A DNA stretch of 64,000 nt from Deltaproteobacteria bacterium (GTDB taxonomy: Bacteria; Myxococcota_A; Polyangia; Polyangiales; Houyiibacteriaceae), in NCBI GenBank assembly GCA_034670305.1, contig JAXMNT010000008.1:147321-211320 (forward strand), given 5' to 3'. Shown here piece by piece: positions 1 through 8,092 of the stretch. The notes under the pieces are model-generated. The model saw only the letters and a list, made by a program, of their open reading frames with translations. It was not told the DNA's origin and searched no databases. The position numbers were made by a program, and so were the translations under genes. Positions within the stretch are counted from its first letter, which is position 1, and every line of letters begins with the position of its first letter.

Positions 1-1
1 T

Positions 2-1360
2 CGCATCTCGTTCTTCGTGAACGCGGGGATCCGGTTCGTCGAAGAGATGTGCAAGCTGCGCGCGTTCACCGAGCTCTGGGACCGGGTCTGCAAAGAACGC
101 TACGGGGTGACGGATCCGAAGATGCGCCGCTTCCGCTACGGGGTGCAGGTGAACTCGCTCGGACTCACCGAACAGCAGCCGGAGAACAACATCCTGCGCA
201 TCGTGCTGGAGATGCTCTCGGTGACGCTCAGCAAAGACGCGCGGGCCCGCGCGGTGCAGTTGCCGGCCTGGAACGAAGCGCTCGGATTGCCTCGGCCGTG
301 GGACCAGCAGTGGTCGCTGCGCGCACAACAGATCCTCGCGCTCGAGACCGACCTCCTCGAGAACCCCGACCTCTTCGAAGGCAGTGTGGTGGTCGAGCGC
401 AAGACCCAGGCGCTCATCGACGCCGCGTGGGCGGAGGTCCAACTGGTGCTCGAACGCGGGGGCGCCATCGCAGCGGTCGAGACCGGCTACGTGAAGCAGA
501 AGCTCGTGGAGTCGAACGCGGCGCGCCTGCGGCGCATCGAGTCGGGGGAACAGATCGTGGTCGGGGTGAACGCCTACACGGAGTCGGCGCCCTCCCCGCT
601 CACCCAGGATCTCGACGAAGCCATCCTGACCGTGGATCCGGCGGTCGAAGCCGCGCAGATCGAGAGCCTGAAGAAATGGCGCGGCGCGCGCGACTCGGAC
701 GCCGCCAAGCGCGCGCTCGACGCCCTGCGCGAAGCCGCCACCGCAGGACGCGAGATCATGGAACCTTCCATCGCCGCCGCGCGCGCCGGCGTGACGACCG
801 GCGAATGGGCAGACGCGCTTCGCGACGTCTACGGCGAGTACCGGGCGCCCACCGGCGTGCAGGGCGCGGCGACCTCCACCGGGGCGCACAGTGATCGGGT
901 GGCGGAACTCCGCGTCGAGCTGCAAGCGCTGACCGAGACACTCGGCCGCCGTCCCAAGCTCTTGGTTGGCAAACCCGGGCTCGACGGGCACAGCAACGGC
1001 GCGGAGCAGATCGCGATCAAGGCGCGCGACGTGGGGTTCGACGTCGTCTACGAAGGCATCCGCGTCACGCCGGACGACATCGCGCGTTCGGCGCTCGAAG
1101 AAGGCGTGCACCTCGTGGGGCTGAGCATCCTGAGCGGGTCGCACCTGGCGCTCGTGCCAGACGTGCTGGAGCGGCTGCGCGCGGCGAACGTGGACGTGCC
1201 GGTGGTCGTCGGCGGCATCGTGCCCAGTGCCGACGCGGAGACTCTGCGCGCCGCGGGCGTGGCGCGGGTCTACACCCCGAAAGACTTCGCGCTCGACGCC
1301 ATCATGCAGGACCTGGTCGCGCTGGTCCGCGAACGCTACGCGGGACCGGTCGATGGCTGA
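2..1360 (+). CDS. ecm: Ethylmalonyl-CoA mutase (MeaA/Ecm), 5'-truncated by the window edge
   Basis: RISFFVNAGIRFVEEMCK and RFRYGVQVNSLGLTEQQPENN motifs; C-terminal B12-binding GKPGLDGHSNG; clustered with meaB and ccr. Confidence 0.9.
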   Translation, partial: RISFFVNAGIRFVEEMCKLRAFTELWDRVCKERYGVTDPKMRRFRYGVQVNSLGLTEQQPENNILRIVLEMLSVTLSKDARARAVQLPAWNEALGLPRPWDQQWSLRAQQILALETDLLENPDLFEGSVVVERKTQALIDAAWAEVQLVLERGGAIAAVETGYVKQKLVESNAARLRRIESGEQIVVGVNAYTESAPSPLTQDLDEAILTVDPAVEAAQIESLKKWRGARDSDAAKRALDALREAATAGREIMEPSIAAARAGVTTGEWADALRDVYGEYRAPTGVQGAATSTGAHSDRVAELRVELQALTETLGRRPKLLVGKPGLDGHSNGAEQIAIKARDVGFDVVYEGIRVTPDDIARSALEEGVHLVGLSILSGSHLALVPDVLERLRAANVDVPVVVGGIVPSADAETLRAAGVARVYTPKDFALDAIMQDLVALVRERYAGPVDG

Positions 1361-2339
1361 TGCCGTGGCCGAGGCCACCCGGGCGGCGTCTGGCATCCGA
1401 GCAGGCGATCGAAGTGCGATCGCCTCCGCCCTCAACCTCTGCGAAGACCGCCGCCTCGCATCGCGCGATCGAATCGGCGCGTTGCTCGACGCGCTCCGCC
1501 TCGGGGTGCAACGGCTCGGACACCGCATCGGGCTCACCGGCCCGCCCGGCGTCGGCAAGAGCACGTTGGCCGGTGCGGTCGCGCGTGAACTCCGGCGACG
1601 CGGACGGACGGTGGGCGTGGTCGCGGTCGACCCGTCGTCGATCCGGAGCGGAGGCGCGCTGCTCGGGGATCGCGCACGCATGGCGTTCGACCCAGAGGAC
1701 GGCGGCTTGTTCGTCCGCAGCCTGGCGACCGAAGGCCGCGCCGGTGGTTTGAGCTGGGCCGCCCCCGCCGCCGCCGCCGTGCTCGGCGCCGCGTTCGAAG
1801 TGGTCCTGGTGGAGACCACCGGGGTGGGCCAGACGGAGACGGATGTGCGACACCTCGCAGACACCGTCGCGCTCGTCATTCAACCCGGCAGCGGAGACGC
1901 GCTGCAGTTCCTCAAAGCCGGCATCATGGAGATCCCCGACGTGCTCGTCGTGAACAAGAGCGACCAACCCCAAGCGCAGCGCGCGGTGTCCGATCTGCGA
2001 TCGGCGCTGGCCACCTCGGCGTCGGTCGGAATCCAGGACGCGGACACCACCCTCGTCGCGACGAGCGCGGAAAGCGGCGACGGGGTCGGCGCGTTCGTGG
2101 ACGCCTTGGACGCACACCGCGCGTCGATCGCACCGAGCCTTGAATCCCGGCGGCACGCAGGCGAAGTCGAGTGGACCGTGCAGCTCTTCGAACGGCTGCA
2201 TGGATCGCACGGCGTGGCTGCGTTGGGTGGACGCGCCGCCCTGCAAACCTCCGCCTCGACGGCCCTCGCCCACGCCGCGCCGCCTCGGGTATGCACCGAC
2301 CTGAGCGACCACTTCCTCGGAACCCTCTCCCGCCCCTGA
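1353..2339 (+). CDS. meaB: MeaB/ArgK-family mutase-associated GTPase
   Basis: GLTGPPGVGKST P-loop, AVDPSS, GGALLGDRARM, ETTGVGQ, LQFLKAGIMEIPD, VNKSD; overlaps the mutase stop codon. Confidence 0.9.
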   Translation: MADAVAEATRAASGIRAGDRSAIASALNLCEDRRLASRDRIGALLDALRLGVQRLGHRIGLTGPPGVGKSTLAGAVARELRRRGRTVGVVAVDPSSIRSGGALLGDRARMAFDPEDGGLFVRSLATEGRAGGLSWAAPAAAAVLGAAFEVVLVETTGVGQTETDVRHLADTVALVIQPGSGDALQFLKAGIMEIPDVLVVNKSDQPQAQRAVSDLRSALATSASVGIQDADTTLVATSAESGDGVGAFVDALDAHRASIAPSLESRRHAGEVEWTVQLFERLHGSHGVAALGGRAALQTSASTALAHAAPPRVCTDLSDHFLGTLSRP

Positions 2340-2380
2340 CGTCTCGCTTCACTCGAAACATCTGCAAGAACCGACGAACC

Positions 2381-3646
2381 ATGACCTCCCAAGCCAGCCT
2401 CAGCCGCCCCCCGAGCGACACCTCCATCGAAGGCGCCGTGCCCGTCGGCAAGATCCCGCCTCTCGGCGTGGTGCCAAGCCACATGCACGCGTACGTGATT
2501 CGACCGGAACGGTTCGGGGAGCCGACCAAGTCGTTCCAGCAAGAAGTGATTCCGGTGTGGGACATCGGTCCCGACGAAGTGCTCATCCAAGTGATGGCCG
2601 CCGGGGTGAACTACAACGGGATCTGGGCCGGGCTCGGCCAGCCGGTGAACATCCTCAAATCGCATGGACTCGACCACCACGTGGCGGGGAGCGACGCGTC
2701 CGGGGTGGTGTGGAAGGTTGGTTCGAACGTGAAGCGGTGGAACGTGGGCGACGAGATCGTCGTGCACTGCAACCACCTGGTGGAACCGGGCGTGTCGGAT
2801 CTGCAAACCATCTGGGGCTACGAGACACCGGACGGGTCGTTCGCGCAGATGAGCCGCGTGCAGGCGCAGCAGCTCTTGCCCAAACCCAAACACCTGACCT
2901 GGGAAGAAGCGGCCAGCTACGGCCTGACCTACTTCACCGCGCACCGGATGTTGATGGACCGGGCGGACATCGAACCAGGCGAGGACGTGCTCGTCTGGGG
3001 CGCGGGCGGCGGCCTCGGGGTCTTCGCCGTGCAGCTGTGCAAGGCGGCCGGCGCACGCGCCATCGCGGTCGTGTCGAGCCCGGAGAAAGCGGAGCTCGCG
3101 ATGAAGCTCGGCGCGCACGGCGTCATCGACCGCAAGGAGTTCCCCGACCTTCAGTACTGCCCGGGCCCGAACGGCGAGACCGAAGAAGAGAAGAAGGCCC
3201 GCTTCGTCGCGATGAAGGCGTTCGGCAAACGCATCTGGGAGATCCTGGGTGAACGCAAGAGCGTCGAGGTCGTCTTCGAGCACGTCGGCAAACGGACTTT
3301 CCCGGCCAGCGTCTGGTTGGCGGCCAAACACGGACGGATCGTCATCTGCGGCGCGACCACCGGGTACGACCTGACCTTCGACGTACGCCATCTGTGGATG
3401 CAGCAGAAGCGCATCATCGGCAGTCACTTCGCGGACGCCGACTCGGCCCGGCGCGCCAACCGCCTCGTGGAACGTGGCGCGGTGCAGCCGGTGATGACGG
3501 CACACTTCTCGTGGGCCGAGATTCCCCACGCGCACCAGCAGATGTTCGAGAACAAACTCTTCGGTACGGTGAGTTGCCTCGTGGGCGCGCCGCGCCCAGG
3601 CCTCAAGAACCTGGAAGAAACCCGCGCCGCCATCGCAGGCGCGTAG
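2381..3646 (+). CDS. ccr: Crotonyl-CoA carboxylase/reductase
   Basis: MAAGVNYNGIWA, GSDASGVVW, IWGYETPDGSFAQ, WGAGGGLG, LWMQQKRIIGSHFA motifs. Confidence 0.9.
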   Translation: MTSQASLSRPPSDTSIEGAVPVGKIPPLGVVPSHMHAYVIRPERFGEPTKSFQQEVIPVWDIGPDEVLIQVMAAGVNYNGIWAGLGQPVNILKSHGLDHHVAGSDASGVVWKVGSNVKRWNVGDEIVVHCNHLVEPGVSDLQTIWGYETPDGSFAQMSRVQAQQLLPKPKHLTWEEAASYGLTYFTAHRMLMDRADIEPGEDVLVWGAGGGLGVFAVQLCKAAGARAIAVVSSPEKAELAMKLGAHGVIDRKEFPDLQYCPGPNGETEEEKKARFVAMKAFGKRIWEILGERKSVEVVFEHVGKRTFPASVWLAAKHGRIVICGATTGYDLTFDVRHLWMQQKRIIGSHFADADSARRANRLVERGAVQPVMTAHFSWAEIPHAHQQMFENKLFGTVSCLVGAPRPGLKNLEETRAAIAGA

Positions 3647-3738
3647 CCGCCTGTTACTGTCCTCCCCGTTCCGATCCGAAGTCCGGCTCCGTGGACCCCC
3701 GAAACCGCGCTGAGCCCGCACCCGAGAGAAACAAGTCC

Positions 3739-5469
3739 ATGCTGTTCGTCGTCGAAGCCATCGAAGGTCTGTATTCCCGCGCCCTGCGCGCCATGAAGGA
3801 CCGGTTCGTGGTCGATGGAAAGGTGGTGGGCCGCCGGCTCAACGAAGAGCAGCTGCGGGCCCACGGCCTCGCGTACCTGGCGACCGAAGCGACCGCCTGC
3901 CGCCAGCTCTTCCTCTGGGCCCAGAAGAGCGCCGGCAGCATGGACATGACGACGCCCGATCCGGACGCCAGGCAGCCCAAACAGACGGTGGCCCTCGACG
4001 CGCGAGTCATCGCAGCCGCTTCGGCTCCCCAGGCGTCCAGCGGAGAGTTCGAACGTCGCATCGCCGCCGCGTACCTCGGCGAAGTCGCGCGAGGCCTCCG
4101 GGGCGGGATCGATCTCGGCCCGTGCGAGACGGTCTCCCTGCACGAGCTCGGCCTCACCGACCAAGACCTCCAAGAGACCATCCTGCAGCCCGAAGTCATC
4201 GGGTTCAGCAACGAGCTGGCCTCGGCCGAGGCGTACGTGGGCATCGCCATGGCGGCGCGTCCCCGCTCTGGCCCGGAGCGGTTCGGCAACCGCGGCTTCG
4301 ACGACGACATGCTCGAGAGCGTGCGGGCCCAGTTCGCCAAGTTCGCCGACGCGGATGTGATTCCGCGGGCTCAGCAGATCCATCAGGACGACGTCCTCAT
4401 CCCGATGGATCTCGTCGACAAGATGAGCGAGCTCGGCGTGTTCGGCCTCACGATCCCGGAGGAATACGACGGCCTTGGCCTCGGCAAGGTCGCCATGTGC
4501 GTCGTCACCGAAGAACTCAGCCGCGGCTACATCGGGGTGGGATCGCTGGGCACGCGGGCCGAGATCGCGGCCGAGCTGATCCTCGGCGGCGGCACCGACG
4601 CCCAGAAGAAACACTGGTTGCCCAAGATCGCGGCTGGCGAAGTGCTTCCCACCGCGGTGTTCACCGAACCGAACACGGGCAGCGATCTGGCCCACCTCGG
4701 AACCCGTGCGGAGCGACAGGCCGACGGGAGCTACGTGCTGGTCGGTCAGAAGACGTGGATCACCCACGCGGTGCGCGCGGATCTGATGACGGTGCTCGCG
4801 CGAACCGACGCCGACGAGGCCGGATACAGCGGGCTGAGCATGTTCTTGGCCCCGAAGACCCGGCTCGATCCGGCGCCTGGCGAACCCGAGTTCGTCGACG
4901 CGGGACTCGAAGGCACCGAGATCCAGGTGCTCGGGTACCGCGGCATGAAAGAGTACGAGCTCAGCTTCGACCAGTTCCCGGTGCCAGCCGACGCGCTGCT
5001 CGGCGCAGAGGAAGGACAGGGCTTCAAGCAGCTCATGCGCACCTTCGAGAGCGCCCGCATCCAGACCGCCGCCCGCGGCGTCGGCGTCGCCCAGGCCGCG
5101 CTGGAGGACGCGCTTCAGTACGCAGAAGATCGCGTCCAGTTCGGCCGACCGATCATCGAGTTCCCCCGAGTGGCGCGAAAGATCGGGCGGATGATCGCCC
5201 GGGTGCAGGCCGCGCGTCAGCTCACCTTCTACGCCGCGCGGCAGAAGGACCAAGACCGCCGCTGCGACCTCGAGGCGGGCATGGCGAAGCTCCTCGCGAC
5301 CCGCGCCGCCTGGGAATCCGCGGACGCAAACGTCCAGATTCATGGAGGAAACGGCTACGCGGTGGAGTACCTCGCGTCCCGGCTCCTGGTTGACGCGCGG
5401 GTGCTTTCGATCTTCGAAGGCGCCAACGAGATTCAGGCGCATGTGGTCGCGCGGCGTCTCCTCGAGTGA
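3739..5469 (+). CDS. mcd: (2S)-methylsuccinyl-CoA dehydrogenase (acyl-CoA dehydrogenase with N-terminal extension)
   Basis: EQLRAHGLAYLAT N-terminal motif, PTAVFTEPNTGSDL, VLGYRGMKEYE, TFESARIQTAAR; ethylmalonyl-CoA pathway context. Confidence 0.85.
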   Translation: MLFVVEAIEGLYSRALRAMKDRFVVDGKVVGRRLNEEQLRAHGLAYLATEATACRQLFLWAQKSAGSMDMTTPDPDARQPKQTVALDARVIAAASAPQASSGEFERRIAAAYLGEVARGLRGGIDLGPCETVSLHELGLTDQDLQETILQPEVIGFSNELASAEAYVGIAMAARPRSGPERFGNRGFDDDMLESVRAQFAKFADADVIPRAQQIHQDDVLIPMDLVDKMSELGVFGLTIPEEYDGLGLGKVAMCVVTEELSRGYIGVGSLGTRAEIAAELILGGGTDAQKKHWLPKIAAGEVLPTAVFTEPNTGSDLAHLGTRAERQADGSYVLVGQKTWITHAVRADLMTVLARTDADEAGYSGLSMFLAPKTRLDPAPGEPEFVDAGLEGTEIQVLGYRGMKEYELSFDQFPVPADALLGAEEGQGFKQLMRTFESARIQTAARGVGVAQAALEDALQYAEDRVQFGRPIIEFPRVARKIGRMIARVQAARQLTFYAARQKDQDRRCDLEAGMAKLLATRAAWESADANVQIHGGNGYAVEYLASRLLVDARVLSIFEGANEIQAHVVARRLLE

Positions 5470-5601
5470 GAATTCGGGCGGCTACGCGCTGTCCGCCCAG
5501 TCCTTCCCTGCTCTTTTTCGGCCTGTGCTCCATGTCACATCCCGAACCTCTGTGGTTCAAAATGTTTTCCATTCGCTGGCAGACCGTGTTAGCAAGCCGC
5601 C

Positions 5602-5979
5602 ATGCCGGGAAAACTAAAAATCCTTCTGGGAATGTTCGGGATCAATGCGGTCCTCGGTCTGGTCATGATGATCATGTACGAGGGTGGCATCATGGGCATC
5701 ATCATGCCCTTGATCTGGATTGCGCTCTGCATGTTCGTCAAGAACAACGTGGTTCGCATCGTACTCCTCGTCCTGTCCGTGCTTGGCCTCGTCTTCGGGG
5801 TCCTCGGAGCTCTCGGCTTGGCGGCCGTGCTCGCGCTCGGATTTGGCGGTGGGGCAATCGTCCTCCTACTCACTGTGGTGTGGGGACTGATCAACAACGT
5901 CTACGCGGTCTACGCGCTCACGCGCCCCGAAGTGAAAGCTCACTTCGGCGCCGCTCCCGCAGCTCCGCCAGCAGGCTGA
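5602..5979 (+). CDS. Small hypothetical membrane protein (about 4 TM segments)
   Basis: 125 aa, almost entirely hydrophobic; fills the gap between mcd and mch. Confidence 0.7.
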   Translation: MPGKLKILLGMFGINAVLGLVMMIMYEGGIMGIIMPLIWIALCMFVKNNVVRIVLLVLSVLGLVFGVLGALGLAAVLALGFGGGAIVLLLTVVWGLINNVYAVYALTRPEVKAHFGAAPAAPPAG

Positions 5980-6171
5980 GCCCGCGGGCGCACACGGGTT
6001 CCTCGTGGACCTGGGTGTGACCGCACGCGAGTTCGCTCGCTGGGGGAGAGTTGGGAAAAACAGGGCAGGCCTCATCGAGGTTTGCCCTTTTCTCCGTCCG
6101 TCGCCCGGGTTCGGTTCGGTTCGGTCGGAACCCGCTGGCCCATGCCACAGCCCTGCGATATGGCGTGCGCC

Positions 6172-7257
6172 ATGGGCAAGAAGACGAACCCGGGTCATTT
6201 CTTCGAAGACTTCGAGCTGGGCATGGAGCTGGTGCACGCAGTGCCGCGCACCATCACCGCCGCGGACCAGTCGCTGTACATCGCGCTCACGGGTGATCGC
6301 TCCGTGCTCCACTCAGGCGCGTCCATCGCGCGTGCGGTCGGCCTGCCTCGGGAGCCGCTGCACGAGCTGCTCGTGTTCCACATGGTGTTCGGCAAGACGG
6401 TCAACGACATCTCGCTGAACGCGGTCGCCAACCTGGGCTACGCGGACGTGCGGTTTCTGGCGCCGGTGTACGCGGGCGACACCCTGCGGGCGACCTCGAC
6501 CGTCATCGGGGTCAAAGAGAACTCGAGTGGCAAGACGGGCGTCGTCTGGGTGCGGACCGTCGGAAGCCGGATGGCGCTCAACGCGAGCCCGACCGGGGAC
6601 GTCCCGGTGCTCGAGTACACGCGCTGGGTGATGGTGCACAAGCGCGACCAGACCGCGCCCACCGGTCGCAAGGACGTGCCGGACCTTCCCCCGGTGGTGG
6701 CACCGGGCCGGCTCTCTGTGCCGACCCAGCTCGACTTCGGACGCTTTCCCGGATGGGCGAGTGGGGGCGCCCGCTTCGGGGACTACGAGGTCGGCGAACG
6801 CATCGATCACATCGACGGAATGACCATCGAAGAGAGCGAACACGCGCTCGCGACCCGGCTGTATCAGAACACCGCCAAGGTGCATTTCGACGCCCACGCC
6901 ATGAAGGACAGCCGGTTCGGAAAACGTCTGATGTACGGCGGACACGTCATCAGCGTCTGTCGGGCGCTGAGCTTCAACGGCCTGGAGAATGCGGTCCTGA
7001 CCTTGGCGTTCAACGGCGGAACGCACGCCAACCCCACCTTCGCTGGCGACACGCTCTACGCGTTCTCGGAAGTGCTCGACGCCCAGCCCCTCCCGAACCG
7101 AGACGACTGCGGTGCCTTGCGGCTGAGACTGGTCGGCGTGAAGAACCAGAACCCCGCGCACGAGCCGCTCGAGACCATGGTGGAGAAGGACGGCAAACGC
7201 CGCCACCACCCGAACGTCGTCCTCGACCTCGACCAATGGGTCCTCGTCCCCCGCTGA
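6172..7257 (+). CDS. mch: Mesaconyl-CoA hydratase (double MaoC/hot-dog domain)
   Basis: KTNPGHFFEDF, FGKTVNDISLNAVANLGYA, LYQNTAKVHFD, YGGHVIS motifs. Confidence 0.85.
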   Translation: MGKKTNPGHFFEDFELGMELVHAVPRTITAADQSLYIALTGDRSVLHSGASIARAVGLPREPLHELLVFHMVFGKTVNDISLNAVANLGYADVRFLAPVYAGDTLRATSTVIGVKENSSGKTGVVWVRTVGSRMALNASPTGDVPVLEYTRWVMVHKRDQTAPTGRKDVPDLPPVVAPGRLSVPTQLDFGRFPGWASGGARFGDYEVGERIDHIDGMTIEESEHALATRLYQNTAKVHFDAHAMKDSRFGKRLMYGGHVISVCRALSFNGLENAVLTLAFNGGTHANPTFAGDTLYAFSEVLDAQPLPNRDDCGALRLRLVGVKNQNPAHEPLETMVEKDGKRRHHPNVVLDLDQWVLVPR

Positions 7258-7376
7258 TTTCTTGGCGGTACGGGCGCTACGGCTACCGCTACGCGGCTTC
7301 GGGAGTGGCCATCGGGTGCGTGGGTCGGCGTCGACGTTGCGTGCGGAGCGGCCGCGACGGACCGCCCGGCATCGCG

Positions 7377-7688
7377 CTACCCGCGGCTGAGCTTGTAGAG
7401 CATTGCGCAGAGGTGGTCCGCGAGGTCGTACACGTCCTCGCTCGCCTCGACGTACCCCATGACCGCCGCCACCTGAAGAGCGGCCTTGACCTCTCGCGCT
7501 TCCCCAAGCGCGCGAGAGAACCCATCCGGGTTCCTCGCCCCGCGCGCGCTCCGGGATTCCGCGATCAACAGCGGAACTGCCTGCGCCGCGCGCCGCAGCT
7601 GCGACTTCAACGAGGCCTCTCGAATGCGAGGCAAGACCTCACGGACGAGAAGCGAGAGAAGAAGAAGCGACTTGTCGAATACCAGCAT
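7377..7688 (-). CDS. Four-helix-bundle protein (23S-IVS/Avd-like family)
   Basis: ~103 aa helical protein with SQLRRAAQAVPLLIAES..FSRALGEAREVKAAL..AMLYKL, matching the family pattern. Confidence 0.75.
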   Translation of the reverse strand: MLVFDKSLLLLSLLVREVLPRIREASLKSQLRRAAQAVPLLIAESRSARGARNPDGFSRALGEAREVKAALQVAAVMGYVEASEDVYDLADHLCAMLYKLSRG

Positions 7689-7750
7689 CAAGAACCTGCC
7701 TTGTGTACGCCGAGCGTGAACTCGCCCGAGGGCGCGCAGCGCCCCCAGCT

Positions 7751-7854
7751 GTCGGTGGGGCGGCGGGTCAAGGACGAGCAAGCGCGTAGCGCGCCAGCGA
7801 AGCGGCGGGCTTCCCGCCGGGCCGAAGGCCTCCTTGAGGCGCTGCCCCGCCGAC
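7751..7854. other. Multibranched hairpin element upstream of the four-helix-bundle gene
   Basis: 15-bp outer stem 7751-7765/7840-7854 (two G-T pairs), inner stem TCAAGGA/TCCTTGA, three internal hairpins (7782-7794, 7803-7819, 7820-7830). Confidence 0.7.
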
Positions 7855-7930
7855 CGCTACGCTGGACCATCCATCGGGCCAGCCACCCTCTACAAGAAGG
7901 GGAGCAGCAGTTGCGTTGACTGCCACGGCC

Positions 7931-8036
7931 TCGGCATCGGCATCGGCTTCGGCTTCGGCATCGGGCTCGGCTTCGGGCTCGGCATCGGCCTCGGCTTCTG
8001 GCTCGGCATCGGGATCGGCATCGGGATCGGCTTCGG
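7931..8036 (+). repeat. Degenerate hexamer array (TCGGCN)n
   Basis: TCGGCA/TCGGCT/TCGGGA units in tandem. Confidence 0.85.
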
Positions 8037-8092
8037 GGCGGAAGTCACCCCCCGCAAGCCACCGGGCGTTCTGCGATACACTCACCCCCGCC

